Part shown: positions 14,493-25,581 of the stretch, in pieces
How positions within the stretch are numbered: position 1 is the stretch's first letter
Layout of the letters: every line of letters starts with the position of its first letter
Assembly (NCBI GenBank): GCA_964019425.1
Contig: OZ025783.1
Location: 992,001-1,056,000, forward strand
DNA from: Flectonema sp. DT1601
Lineage: Eukaryota
Direction: 5' to 3'
DNA length: 64,000 nucleotides
The notes under the pieces: model-generated
The model's input: the letters and a program-made list of their open reading frames with translations, nothing else
The model's database searches: none
What the model was told of the DNA's origin: nothing
Program-made: the position numbers and the translations under genes

Positions 14493-15124
14493 TACGGTCT
14501 ATATCACAAAGAAGATATTGAACTGCTGTGTCTGTTCACAATCATAATAAAGCAGTCAGCATATGTAATTGATGCTATGCGACCTATAAAAATAACAATT
14601 ACGCACACGTAGTCAAATATATAATAATAACAAGATGAATATTTAGTACCAAACTTAGGAGATCACTTACAAAAACCTCAGCTCGTTAATGCATGCCTAA
14701 GACTGGTTGTGGACACGATATACACTTCACACAAAAATAATGAACAGACGACTTGTTAGTATGGTCAAGAGGGCAAATTTTGGTACCCACCGTGACTGTG
14801 ACTGTAGGAGTGGATCCTATTGTCCCAAATAATGCCTGCACTTGGAAGCACAAAAGTAAATATGGAGGGGAAAAAAATAAAAATGTATACTATTTTCTTC
14901 ATAGGAAACTTGCAGCCAAGAGACTGGGAAAAGACGGCAACAGCAATTTATATTATTGCTAGACTTGCCTGCGTTCTTTTCCTTAAATCTCAAGTATTAC
15001 AGCGATTGAAGTACCTAAACATTAATTGTACGATGGCAATTAATGAGGAATAACTTATGGCAACACAGCCAGAGAGCACATGGGTTGGAGAGACCAGTGG
15101 GGGTAAAGGAAAGGAATAGCGAGA

Positions 15125-16375
15125 CTACCAGATGGCGCATCCGTACTTCCAAGTACCAGATCCTGGAACACCCTTTCCTCCGTGAACACCAATGCAACGT
15201 CTCTTGTAGGAGACTGTTTCACCAGTAAGAGGATCCAGCAACCAGGTGAAGGTAGTCAATCTGTTCAAGTTTGGTCCAGCTGATAGAACCTTCCAAAGGT
15301 CCTCAAGTCCGTTGAAGTTTGCCTGTCCGAGGTTTTCCATGCAGTCGATTGCTGAGCTTCTTCTGTTGTCAAAGATTGGAGGCTTCTTCCAGTGGTCGTA
15401 GTTGGTCTCAAGAACGAAGTACGACCCGTTCTGAAGTCTCCCAGAAAGGTCCCAAACATCCAAAGGAATTCCTGTTCCTGGAGAGCGAGTAACAACAGCA
15501 CCTTGTCCTGCCTTAACACCGCTCATGATAATGTATGATGGACCAACCGGTACGAATGTAGTAACGTGCTTCATTGCTTCTTCGTAGGTGGTAGCAGTCA
15601 TCAAAGCATCTCTTGTTGCGAGAGTAAGAAGGGTGGCGCTGTAGTTGGTGGTAGCCCACTTGATAAGGTACTCATCAAAGTTGTTATCGAATCTACTGTC
15701 AACAGATAGTCCGAAAACACCTCCCTTTGAACCAGTGTGGATTCCAATGTATCCAGCGAAGTGAGTAGAGTTGAAGATAGTGATTCCTTCCTTCTGGAAG
15801 CTTGCGGTAAAGAGAAGTGGACGAAGGGCCTCAGTGAGTTCCCACTCACCTGGGAATCCACCCTCTCCGTCAGTCCAGTTGAATCCCGAGAACAATCCAA
15901 AGTCAAGGTTACGTCCGTGGAAGATCTTACCGTTGGCATCCTGTGCTACAATGCTAGTGCAAAGACCCTCAAGTTCGTAAACTGCCTGAAAAACGGTGGC
16001 GTAACCGATGTCAAGGTCGGCGTACTTTGCAATTCCACGAATCTCACCAGCGTACTCTGATCCAACTTTGTCTAACAATCTGTAGTGATCAATGTCAAGA
16101 AGTTCCTTTAGAAGGTGACCGAGTTTAGTGTTTGGTCCTCCGACAGAGTGGTTCAAGAATGTGTTGACGAGGGTATGGATTCCGGTCTTGTAGGTGGTGG
16201 AAATTTCCTTCCATCTCTCTTCTGGGTGAAGATCGAGGTTGATGTTGTAGTGAGGCATGGTCATGTTCTGCATAGTCGGTGGGTAAGTAGTTGGATACTT
16301 ATCCATGTTGCACTTCTCAGGTAGCTGTGCCACTGCCAATAACGGCAGCGCACATAAGGCAGCGAATTTCATCAT
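15125..16375 (-). CDS. ASAH1: Acid ceramidase / N-acylethanolamine acid amidase (Ntn hydrolase) with signal peptide
   Basis: Signal peptide MMKFAALCALPLLAVA; YNINLDLHPEERW; catalytic autocleavage motif CTSIVAQ..FHGRNLDFG; ETNYDHWK. ASAH1 versus NAAA cannot be separated firmly by eye. Confidence 0.88.
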   Translation of the reverse strand: MMKFAALCALPLLAVAQLPEKCNMDKYPTTYPPTMQNMTMPHYNINLDLHPEERWKEISTTYKTGIHTLVNTFLNHSVGGPNTKLGHLLKELLDIDHYRLLDKVGSEYAGEIRGIAKYADLDIGYATVFQAVYELEGLCTSIVAQDANGKIFHGRNLDFGLFSGFNWTDGEGGFPGEWELTEALRPLLFTASFQKEGITIFNSTHFAGYIGIHTGSKGGVFGLSVDSRFDNNFDEYLIKWATTNYSATLLTLATRDALMTATTYEEAMKHVTTFVPVGPSYIIMSGVKAGQGAVVTRSPGTGIPLDVWDLSGRLQNGSYFVLETNYDHWKKPPIFDNRRSSAIDCMENLGQANFNGLEDLWKVLSAGPNLNRLTTFTWLLDPLTGETVSYKRRCIGVHGGKGVPGSGTWKYGCAIW

Positions 16376-16977
16376 TTTGTTTAACTGATGGACTAAAGGT
16401 ATTGTAATAACAAACATAAATTATTTTATCTTCCTAACACCACTTGTATCACTTCTCGCATTGTCTTTATTTAACCTGAAAAGAGTATCCATTAGTGTTA
16501 TGGTAATGAGCGTAAAAGGAAATTTCCTAACCGCATGATACGAAAGTCTCCAGACACCCAGCTTGGGGATAGAGTGCTGGATGTACAGAGCAAGTTGATT
16601 ACTGGGAGGGGTTCTGTTGGTTTTTTAATGTTTTCCCCCTTGTTTTTTTTGTTTTTTTTTGACAAATTTGTTGGATATTTTTTGGACTGCCAACTAGAAA
16701 AGAGTTGGCAAAGAAAGGAAAAAGAAAGAAAGAAGAAAACCAACTGGTAGCGACAACGAATTAAACGTAATGTACAACAGGGTAGTTTGCAACGTACTAA
16801 AAGACTATGACTTGGTGAACGAAGTTGTCCGATCCACCTAAGTTTCAACTTTTACATTATAACAGACGAATATGGATCTGAAGGGTGCTTATTATCACGT
16901 TCCTTCTCTTAACTGTTCGAGAGTTCAATGTCTGTTACAACAAAGCTGTCAGCATTCCTACGAAGCCATTGGATTAC

Positions 16978-18045
16978 TTATTTAGCAAATCGATCCATCT
17001 TTGATTGTTGTAATACAAAAGCTGGTGAGACCCAGTGACCACATGAACACTGTTGTCCTGACCATTTATATGTTCCAACTTTCATCGTGCACTTTGGACA
17101 CTTCAAATCCCCATGCTGCTCATCCGCAGCAGCAGAAATCCACTCAACAGAACCTTCTTCAACGAATACAGATCCACAGGGTTGAAAGGAGAGTCTGTTG
17201 TTACCATTTTTACGGAATTCTTTCTTCCCTTCCGACTGTTCGTGGGGCATAATGTCTGCCATAGAACAGAGTTGAAGACGACATTTCCTACAAGAATAGA
17301 TTACTTCAGTTGCAGACTCGTTAGTAATTCCGATAGTGTCATCTTTAGCATTCTTCCTAAAAGAGACGTCATCAGTAGCTCCAGCAGCTGTTTGAGAGGT
17401 TTCCTCGTCTTCAGGGTCTTGTTTCTTTTGCTCTCCGAACATTAATAAAACTTTTTCAACGTTCCAGTTGAACGCGACAAGAGTTTGTCCGACAGCACTT
17501 ATTGACATTTTTGGGAATTCACCGCGAACCTGTAGTATTGCGAGCTTCTGTTCTTCCCTCGTGAGAGTAACAATTGGTTCTTGTTCTTCAACTTGTTCTA
17601 CCGCAGGACCAGGTTCCATAGACATAATCTCTTTTAGTGCTTCAGCAGCTCTTTCAGACTTGGTGTCAACTGCTACCAGGTTCTCTGTTGATATCATTCC
17701 CTTTGATCCGTTGTTGAACTTAATACCAGCCTTACCGTCTTTAATTACGACTACTGTTCCTGTTAAACCATTTAGCTCTGGAGTGTTTTTTAGATTACAC
17801 GCTCTGACTGCTGTTCCTTTTGGGAACGTTGGTAGTAAATGTACCACGTCAGGAACATCGTAGAAGACTTCTACTTTATCCGCATCAGTGTCTGTCCCGT
17901 CTCCTTCACACACCATCATGGGGACGTGCATTCCTAATTTTCTAGTGCACTCATCGATCAGCCATTTTGAGTCACTTCCCTTTCTCTTGACCTCGAGAAC
18001 GTCAGTTTTCGAGTCCGGCAATCTGACGAATACCCTGATACTCAT
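16978..18045 (-). CDS. Protein with C-terminal Yvh1/DUSP12-type zinc-binding domain, a CUE/UBA-like domain and an SH3-like module; no phosphatase domain
   Basis: YSCRKCR..H..C.SVFVE..W..GDLKCPKCTMKVGTYKWSGQQCSCGHWVSPAF matches the Yvh1/DUSP12 Zn domain; EFPKMSISAVGQTLVAFNWNVEKVL is CUE-like; no HCX5R motif. Confidence 0.75.
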   Translation of the reverse strand: MSIRVFVRLPDSKTDVLEVKRKGSDSKWLIDECTRKLGMHVPMMVCEGDGTDTDADKVEVFYDVPDVVHLLPTFPKGTAVRACNLKNTPELNGLTGTVVVIKDGKAGIKFNNGSKGMISTENLVAVDTKSERAAEALKEIMSMEPGPAVEQVEEQEPIVTLTREEQKLAILQVRGEFPKMSISAVGQTLVAFNWNVEKVLLMFGEQKKQDPEDEETSQTAAGATDDVSFRKNAKDDTIGITNESATEVIYSCRKCRLQLCSMADIMPHEQSEGKKEFRKNGNNRLSFQPCGSVFVEEGSVEWISAAADEQHGDLKCPKCTMKVGTYKWSGQQCSCGHWVSPAFVLQQSKMDRFAK

Positions 18046-18416
18046 ATTGTCTGTGGTTCTGAATTATAAATATGTAATAATAATGATAAATTAGTATAAA
18101 TTACTATTCCCATATTGTCTTAACAGATTGGATCCTCAACAGTAAGCCGTTTTCTATAAAACGAGGTCGACATACGCAACGTTATTTTTCCTTCTTTCGG
18201 CTGTTGTAAAATTCGCATGAAAGGCGGAAAGGGGAAAGGAAAACTTCAAAAAAAAAAAAAAAAACGATAGGACCAGAACTGAAGAAAACTTAACATTCGA
18301 TTGAAATGAAACGATCGAATTACTACTGAAAATAAAAATAAAAAAAAGAAATGAAAATAAATGCGAAACTTAATGTCAGAATAAGAAAAGCATCAAACAA
18401 ATAGGATAAGTATTAA

Positions 18417-20393
18417 TTAATAAGAGACTGAGGGTGGCGAAGGTTCTCTCGCAATAATTAAATCATCTTCGTCAATGGCAGTCTTAGTTTGAGATTTTTG
18501 AACTCTTGTTCTAGCGAGTTGTATTCGAAGAAGGCTGTTGGTTTCTTTTTGAAGTCGCAGTTCACGTCTCTCAATGATGTGTTGTTTTTGTGATGGAGCT
18601 TCTGATGTCGTCAGATGTTTGATATTATTTTCTAGTTGAGATACTTTCACACGCAATTCTCGAATGGTCTGACTTGCTGCTTTCATGTCCGGTGATGACA
18701 CTCGACGATCAGTTCTCTTCGGTGTTGACCTTCTATCTAACGACCCCTTCAAAATATCAAAAGAATTTAGTACTTCAACAAGACGGATGTTCTCATTTAC
18801 AATCGCAGCTATTCCACAATCACCAGATTCTCTATCAGACTGAAGACAATCTGCTTCACAAGAAACTCTAGCAAGAGTCGCTTTTAAGTGAGTTATAAGA
18901 GAAGTATTCTTATCTGTTTCACCAACTCTATCAGCATCCTCAGCCGACATCATTACAGGTCTAGATGACAATGAATCTGTGTATAGTTCTGAACTGTTAT
19001 CAAGTAGAGCGTCGCTGGAGCCGTTTGATGTAGGACCTCCGTTAAGTAGAATTCGAGTTTGAGGTTTTATTTTAAATTGTCCGATTCCGTGATCTTCGAC
19101 TACCGCTGTTGATTCTCCATTCTGATCATTTGCTAAACAACGTCTCTTTAAAGAAATATTCTCACTTCGTAACCTTTCATTTTCAATCTGTAATCGAGCG
19201 ACGACATCATGAAGACCCGAGGGGTCAATATGAGAGTCATAACAATTAGTTCCATTATTTCTATTCTGATCACCTTGATATTCAAAGGCTGCACTCGCTG
19301 ACTGAATTCTAACCGCAGGACAATTCGTTATACACGAAGCCCTGTTTGCATATTTTAATGTATTTATTGTTTCATCAATGTAACAAGTTGCAGGAGATAC
19401 GCAAGCAATCATAACAGTTTTACAAGACCCCCCTAATGAATCCATTAATAGCTTTGTTAACTTAGAGTCTCTGTAAGGTACGTATGTGCCTTGATTATGA
19501 ATAGCAGAGCTTCTATCTGATAGAACAGATATAACTTGACCGAGTGCCAGAAGTGATTTATTTATGTGACAGTTTTCTACTGCTGTTCCACCTGTTGAAC
19601 CAGAATCTTTGAGACGTTCAGAACCAGCCAAATCAACAAAATTAATTTTCCCTTGCGCTGTTTGAACTGAATCTTGACTAGTAGACTCAAAGTAAACTGT
19701 TAGTATTGAATGACTTCTTGAACTATCCTTATTAAGAAGGTGAGAAGCAGTAGCACGGTTTGAGACACCTTCTTGTAATATCGCAATCAAGTCATCAAGT
19801 CCTTCACAAGTTACTACCAACGCTGATTCAACAAAAAAACTATTCGAAGCTGCATTCCATCTAACTGGCAACGATCCCTCTGAAGGACTTAGTAAGTCGT
19901 AAGTCTGTTCGTTGTATATTTCAATAAATGATGCTCTGACTATTATCTTATGAGATGATCGAAAGTTTGGTATCATTTCCTCAAAAATATATCGAGAGCT
20001 TCTTGGTATTATCCCTGATAATAATCCATCAGGGGGTCCTATTAAAGTGTGAGTCTTACCACTTCCCGTTTGACCGTAAGCAAATACGGTAGCAGTGTAA
20101 CCAGCAGCAGCATTGTTGCAAAGCTCTGAAATGCCGCTGTTTTCAAAAACATCTTCTTGACTTGAAGTCGAAGGATGAACTCTGTCGTATTTATGAATTT
20201 GGCTTTCAACTTTTCGGCCTCCTTCAGCAGCAGTGTGAGTTCGTAAAGTATTCACGCCGGTTACTTTTAATGCTTCTCTTGATCCACTAGCACTCTCAGT
20301 CTTGTTCAGTGGCCGTACTCGAACACAAACCTTCACTAACTGATGACTTTTACCATCACTTTGAGCACTTTTCGGTGTCGACACTACCGACAT
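18417..20393 (-). CDS. KIF12: Kinesin, KIF12 (kinesin-16)-like, N-terminal motor plus coiled coil
   Basis: VRVRP, FAYGQTGSGKT, NKDSSRSH, VDLAGSE, VPYRDSKLT; LPVRWN..FFVE resembles the KIF12 loop. Confidence 0.8.
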   Translation of the reverse strand: MSVVSTPKSAQSDGKSHQLVKVCVRVRPLNKTESASGSREALKVTGVNTLRTHTAAEGGRKVESQIHKYDRVHPSTSSQEDVFENSGISELCNNAAAGYTATVFAYGQTGSGKTHTLIGPPDGLLSGIIPRSSRYIFEEMIPNFRSSHKIIVRASFIEIYNEQTYDLLSPSEGSLPVRWNAASNSFFVESALVVTCEGLDDLIAILQEGVSNRATASHLLNKDSSRSHSILTVYFESTSQDSVQTAQGKINFVDLAGSERLKDSGSTGGTAVENCHINKSLLALGQVISVLSDRSSAIHNQGTYVPYRDSKLTKLLMDSLGGSCKTVMIACVSPATCYIDETINTLKYANRASCITNCPAVRIQSASAAFEYQGDQNRNNGTNCYDSHIDPSGLHDVVARLQIENERLRSENISLKRRCLANDQNGESTAVVEDHGIGQFKIKPQTRILLNGGPTSNGSSDALLDNSSELYTDSLSSRPVMMSAEDADRVGETDKNTSLITHLKATLARVSCEADCLQSDRESGDCGIAAIVNENIRLVEVLNSFDILKGSLDRRSTPKRTDRRVSSPDMKAASQTIRELRVKVSQLENNIKHLTTSEAPSQKQHIIERRELRLQKETNSLLRIQLARTRVQKSQTKTAIDEDDLIIAREPSPPSVSY

Positions 20394-20827
20394 CAGTTAC
20401 GAAGTACCTGTTGAAAACATTTTAATTAACAAGAAGGGGAACCAAAGAACAAGCAAAGCTTACTGGTAGGTAGCAGTTGAAACGTTTGTCAGCTGTCCTG
20501 AAAGAAAACGAATGAATTAATAAAAACAAAACTATAAGTTTCCTTTGATGTTATTAATATTTACTAACCCCAAGTATGATTGCAGACTCTCCAAAGTAAT
20601 AATTACATCATTACGAGAGGTCGTTGATCAAAAATAAATACAGAAGCCCTTATGGTGTACAACATAAGAAATAATTACAAGTTCTAAAGTTGCCATCAAT
20701 ATGACAGCTCGTTAGGGAACAATGCCAAAGAAAAAACTCCACGGCATTCAATTATAGAATTAATGAAAAGAGGGTAAGTGAAAAAGGTATCATTCGTGTA
20801 AGTCGAGCGATACCATAGAAAGCCACA

Positions 20828-23401
20828 TCAGAGTGAAATCTTCCAAAGCTTAGCGATACCATCAGCAGTACAAGACAGAGCTATTGATCCAAATGTTACA
20901 CATTGATAAACAATACTTGATTGAGGTATACAACGTATTAGTGAGCTATCTACTGTGTTCCAAATAGAAATAGAAGAACCTGAAGCCGTCATAGCTACTG
21001 AAGAACTAACAAAAGTAGCCGACTGGACACTATCATCATGATGAAGTACAGAAGTACATTTAAACTGCGAAGATTTTGATGTCCAAAGCCGAGCTGTTTT
21101 ATCCTTACTGCATGAGATGATTAATTTTCCAGCAGGGTGGAAATTTGCACACCAAACTGTGTCGGTGTGTCCTTCTAAAGTTTCCTTGAACGAAAGTGAC
21201 GTCTGACTAACAACAAAAACTTTTACAACATGACTACTATAACCAGCTGAACAAACTTTACTTCCATCTCCTGACCAAGATATTGAATAAATTGGTTCAT
21301 ATTGTGTAGGTTGCGTTATTGTTTGAATGCGTTCTCCTTTCATTGACCACAACAAAAGACTACCATCACTAGAACAGCTGAGAAAACACTTATGAGTTTG
21401 TGGATTAGCTTTAAGTGAATAAAGGAATCCTCGGTGATTGATCGCAAAATTGATTTTACCATCAGCGATTCTAACACCCCACATACGACCATCAGAAGAA
21501 CCACAAAGTACATTATCACTAATTGCTTCACAACTAAGTAGTCTGCCAGATGATTGAAGTTGCACAGCCCACAATTCAACTCCAGTTAAAGTGTTAAACG
21601 ATCTCAAAATATTTGATTTCCCACATGTTATAACGGTGGCCCCATTATTACTCAGGGATACGCTGTATAAACTTTCTGTGTCTTTGTAAGTCTGAATAGT
21701 GAACTTTGATACATCAACTGCCTTAGTAAACAATTTCCCAGACCCTACCTCATCACTACTGTAAGTTGATAAAGGGGAAAATGGTTGTGTAGATCCTCTT
21801 GAGGTGTCAAGTTGGATGTAATTTTTTCTAATTTGTTCTTTTGATCTTAATTTGTGTTGTAGCTCTGATTGCAACATCGACAGATCTGATTCTGAATAAT
21901 GAGACGAATGGTTTTCATGATCCCAGTAGATCCTCTCTGAGGTACTAATAAGATTTGTTGAAAATGAAGAACATAAATTAGATTTTGAACGGTCGGCTAC
22001 GATGGGTGCGGATCTCTTTTTCCGACCACAACTGCTGTTGGGAAGTACTGGATCGACGTGGTTTGGTGAAGAGTTCGTATTATCGACAGTGTTGTTACTA
22101 AATGTTTCATCAGAGATACCACTCTCAACACATTGAGACTCCAGTACACTTGTTGAGGTTCCAGTTGTTGTTGTGTTCGATTCTGTTTCATCATCAGTAA
22201 GAACTGTATGGACTGTATGATTATGTTTGTTGTTTTTTATCTCACTCCTCAGAAATAAGTTTTCCTGTTCCAGTACGTTTGACTTTTGATCTGCCTCAGC
22301 TAGTTCTTCCCTCAACATTTGAATGATGTTTTTCAACTCGTGTATTTCAAATCTTCGATCATTATTAACATTTACCATCGCATGTTGAGTTATTAGTTTT
22401 GCAGTCAACGCATACTGCAATGTTGATAACGATTCTTGAATATTACGTGACGATGGAGATATTGTAGCCAACATGACTGCTTTACTATTTCCTCCAAAGA
22501 CGTTACATAATAGTTTCGTTAAAACTGATTCCCTGACTGGTAAATGAGAAGCAGACTCTGAACTTTGACGAAGACACTTACTCAGAGTAAGAAGAGATTT
22601 ATTTATGAATTCCGACTCTCTCAGAAGTTTTGGATCCGAAATTGATGTTTTGCCTTGTCTCTCAGACCCTGCTAAATCAACAATTTGAATTTTCGATTCT
22701 TTGTCTGGAGTCGCAGGGTCTGGTGGATCCAACACCTGCGATAGTGTAAAAGTGACAATACTGTGACTGCGTGATGAATCTGGGTTCATTGCCGTGGCAT
22801 TTGTTCTCCTCCTGCGAATGCCTTGGGCTATGATTTGATCAACCATTTTTAATGACATTACTGTTGGTTTTATTACATCCACAACATCCCAACCCTTCTT
22901 GTCTTGTTTAAGTGATAGTCCTGGTTGAGTAGTTTCATTGGGTGATGTTGGTTTGAGGAGGTCATAAACCTTTTCTTTGTAAACTTCAACAAAGGAAAGT
23001 GTGATTTTACAAGTTAAGTTTGGTTGATTTGCTTGAGAAAGTTCACAAGCAGTCACCAAGTCATCAAACAATCGATAAAGGATTCCGTGATCTGATTGAC
23101 TTCCCATCATTGAGTGGGTTTTACCTGAACCAGTTTGTCCGTAAGCAAACATACAAACATTGTACCCGGCTACAGCTTCTTCAACCATCGGCTTTCCAAT
23201 AGTATTGTAACACTCTTCGTTATCTCCATCAATAATGTGGTCGTAGTTAAATTGTTTTTTAATAATTCTGTCACCCTGTTCGTGTTGCGTATGAATTACT
23301 CCTTCTTCTACTTTCACAGCTCTTTCTGACACTCCTCCGTCAGCGATATTAAATGGACGGATTCGAACAGCAACGCGAACAGACTCATCAGGTTGACTCA
23401 T
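20828..23401 (-). CDS. Kinesin motor with C-terminal WD40 beta-propeller
   Basis: GYNVCMFAYGQTGSGKT, MNPDSSRSH, VDLAGSER; C-terminal repeats such as LEGHTDTVWCANFHPAGKLIISCSKDKTARLW. First ATG (MSQPDES) at 23401. Confidence 0.9.
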   Translation of the reverse strand: MSQPDESVRVAVRIRPFNIADGGVSERAVKVEEGVIHTQHEQGDRIIKKQFNYDHIIDGDNEECYNTIGKPMVEEAVAGYNVCMFAYGQTGSGKTHSMMGSQSDHGILYRLFDDLVTACELSQANQPNLTCKITLSFVEVYKEKVYDLLKPTSPNETTQPGLSLKQDKKGWDVVDVIKPTVMSLKMVDQIIAQGIRRRRTNATAMNPDSSRSHSIVTFTLSQVLDPPDPATPDKESKIQIVDLAGSERQGKTSISDPKLLRESEFINKSLLTLSKCLRQSSESASHLPVRESVLTKLLCNVFGGNSKAVMLATISPSSRNIQESLSTLQYALTAKLITQHAMVNVNNDRRFEIHELKNIIQMLREELAEADQKSNVLEQENLFLRSEIKNNKHNHTVHTVLTDDETESNTTTTGTSTSVLESQCVESGISDETFSNNTVDNTNSSPNHVDPVLPNSSCGRKKRSAPIVADRSKSNLCSSFSTNLISTSERIYWDHENHSSHYSESDLSMLQSELQHKLRSKEQIRKNYIQLDTSRGSTQPFSPLSTYSSDEVGSGKLFTKAVDVSKFTIQTYKDTESLYSVSLSNNGATVITCGKSNILRSFNTLTGVELWAVQLQSSGRLLSCEAISDNVLCGSSDGRMWGVRIADGKINFAINHRGFLYSLKANPQTHKCFLSCSSDGSLLLWSMKGERIQTITQPTQYEPIYSISWSGDGSKVCSAGYSSHVVKVFVVSQTSLSFKETLEGHTDTVWCANFHPAGKLIISCSKDKTARLWTSKSSQFKCTSVLHHDDSVQSATFVSSSVAMTASGSSISIWNTVDSSLIRCIPQSSIVYQCVTFGSIALSCTADGIAKLWKISL

Positions 23402-23425
23402 ATTTATTGCTGAAGCCACTGAAGC

Positions 23426-23458
23426 CTAATAGTTATGAAATAACAATAGTACACTCAC
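23426..23458 (-). other. Candidate 5'-UTR mini-intron (33 nt, GTGAGT..TTAG) of the kinesin-WD40 gene
   Basis: Consensus donor; acceptor 25 nt upstream of the ATG. Confidence 0.55.
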
Positions 23459-23658
23459 AGTAAGTTGATTTCTTAACTTAACTACTTCAGGAGATATCAG
23501 CTTCTAGTCTGGTAGAATATAAATAAGTAAGAGTTTAGTTTAGTGTCTTTCGATGCATACTGAGATGCTTTTCGTTAATTAATAACTCTGAGTGTAAACG
23601 TGAGAAGGGTATTGTGTACTTCACTTCAGAATACCGAATGTTGTAAAAGTTGTGTCGA

Positions 23659-24228
23659 CTAGTTGTCCTTAACTAATTCATCTTTTTCTTCTTCGGAAGT
23701 TATTTTTTTTGATTTTGTTTTTCTGTGGACCATGCTGCAGCAGTTGGCACCACAGGTTCCGAGAAGAGCTCCACCACACATGCCGCAGACAGGGGCGGCC
23801 TCACAAGACACTTCTCTGATTATAAGTGTTTGTAGAATTAAACTTTGAGGATGACCACATAAAGGTAAGCAGTAGTCAACACAGCAAACAGCTGTGGCTC
23901 CTCCACCAATTGCACCCATACAACAGGATCCAGTGATGCGAGATCTTTGCTCGTCTTCGTCATATATTTCAGTGCTGATTTCATTATCGACTTCATCCTC
24001 TGATTTTGTGTTTGCTGCTAAAACCATTAACATTGCTACAGGTGCTCCAACCCCTGCTCCTAACAGGCCAGCCCACATGTATGCAGCACTGTGATAACCT
24101 AGTCCTTGTATGCTGGCTACAATACTTCCATTTATTATTGTTTCTACTATTATTTTATGGATTATCGCTGCTCCGACTCCCTTTGCAACGCCTACCTTTG
24201 CCCCGGCTGCTGCAGCAGCTGGAGGCAT
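23659..24228 (-). CDS. Hypothetical Gly-zipper / Cys-rich membrane protein, 189 aa
   Basis: Clean ORF on the gene-cluster strand with hydrophobic GxxxG segments and CC pairs. Confidence 0.7.
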   Translation of the reverse strand: MPPAAAAAGAKVGVAKGVGAAIIHKIIVETIINGSIVASIQGLGYHSAAYMWAGLLGAGVGAPVAMLMVLAANTKSEDEVDNEISTEIYDEDEQRSRITGSCCMGAIGGGATAVCCVDYCLPLCGHPQSLILQTLIIREVSCEAAPVCGMCGGALLGTCGANCCSMVHRKTKSKKITSEEEKDELVKDN

Positions 24229-24253
24229 CCCTTACTATATCGTGGTGAAGTAT

Positions 24254-24287
24254 CTGTAGGTAAAAGTTTTCATTAATTCGAACTAAC
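24254..24287 (-). other. Candidate 5'-UTR mini-intron (34 nt, GTTAGT..ACAG)
   Basis: AG|GTTAGT donor; acceptor 26 nt upstream of the ATG; pyrimidine-rich AG further upstream at 24335. Confidence 0.5.
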
Positions 24288-24701
24288 CTATTAGTAACTT
24301 TGTTTTATACATTCGTTACTGGTTGTGACTCAGACTGTAAGAAAGAAATACTAGTATCTATCAACGATGACTGTGCCCTCAAAAACCATCGAACGAGAGT
24401 TGTAAAAGTCCCATCACCGCATTCTTGCGGTGAGGTCTAGGGGCTTAGTTTTCCCCTTTTTTTTTTTTTTTTTTTTTTTTTTGTTTTTTTTTCAACTTGT
24501 ATGTACTTCTCTGTTTTTTTTTGTTTTCTCCCATCCGTTATTGCGACGGGCCAAAGAAGCATTTGTTTTGCATAAATTAGCAAAATAATAACAATACCAC
24601 TCATCTCGATGATGGAATATAACCATTTACGATGTGATGACTATTTTGGCAGTCTTTCCTCGATACCCAAATCCATCTTTATCTGTGATTCAGAAATCGA
24701 C

Positions 24702-25522
24702 TTATAACACGGCGTCAATAATCTTCAAGAAGTCTGGCTTTAGGGAAGCTCCTCCAACAAGGAATCCGTTGATATCCTGATGGGTGTTTGTTGGTTAGTT
24801 TCTTATTTTGTATAATGTAATTAAAAATGACAAAATAAATATCATAAGCATACCACTTCTGTGTAAAGTTCTGCAGCGTTTCCAGCGTTGACAGATCCTC
24901 CGTAAAGGATTCTCATGGCTGCAGCGATTTCTTTGGATTTGTTGGCTGCAATCCATGAGCGAATTCCCTGATGAACTTCTTCAGCCTGTTTTGGAGTTGC
25001 TACTTTACCAGTTCCAATTGCCCAGACTGGTTCGTAAGCAATCACTACATCAGACCATCTGTCAGATGGAATAACAGCACATATCGATTCTACCTGTTTG
25101 AGTACCACTTCCATTGTCTTTCCAGCTTCTCTGATTTCAAGAGATTCCCCGACACATGCAATTATCTTTAGTCCTGCCGATAGCGCTGCAGTTACTTTCT
25201 TAGCGACGTCGTCATCAGTCTCTTTGTAAATAGTTCTTCTCTCAGAGTGTCCAAGGATGACCCATTCTACACCAAAATCTTTCAACTGAGTAGCGGCAAT
25301 CTCACCAGTAAAGGCACCAGTAGTAGCAACACAGTTCTGTGCTGCTAGTTGGAATCCCTCAAGCTGTGCGACCTTACCCAGGTGGAGATATCCAGCAGCA
25401 ATAACACGATCAACACTGCCTTCTTGCTTACCGGCAGAAAATACCTCACAGAGTTCTGTAACGCTGCTTACAGTGCCGTTGCACTTCCAGTTGGCAGCGA
25501 TCATTGGTGTTGGCTTTGCCAT
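24702..25522 (-). CDS. TPI: Triosephosphate isomerase, 247 aa; exons 25522-24854 and 24776-24702
   Basis: AANWK, GHSERR, AYEPVWAIGTG, YGGSV; splicing joins ELYTEV to DINGFLVGGASLKPDFLKIIDAVL*. Confidence 0.97.
24777..24853 (-). other. TPI intron, 77 nt, GTATGC...CTAAC...CATCAG
   Basis: Needed to recover the conserved DINGFLVGGASL C-terminal motif. Confidence 0.93.
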
Positions 25523-25546
25523 ATTGTTGCTAAGCCGGTGTATTTA

Positions 25547-25581
25547 CTGTTGTTGACAGAAAGTTTATTACTTCTTCTTAC
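25547..25581 (-). other. Candidate 5'-UTR mini-intron (35 nt, GTAAGA..CAACAG) of TPI
   Basis: Donor and acceptor motifs; acceptor 25 nt upstream of the ATG. Confidence 0.55.

Noticed and set aside
15015..16324. Numerous antisense and alternate-frame ORFs over the ceramidase and other genes
   Set aside because: Shadows of biased codon usage in real genes; no recognisable motifs.
1..23401. Dynein and two kinesins close together as a functional motor cluster
   Set aside because: Unrelated genes are interspersed, the kinesins belong to different families, and gene order in such clusters is generally not functional.
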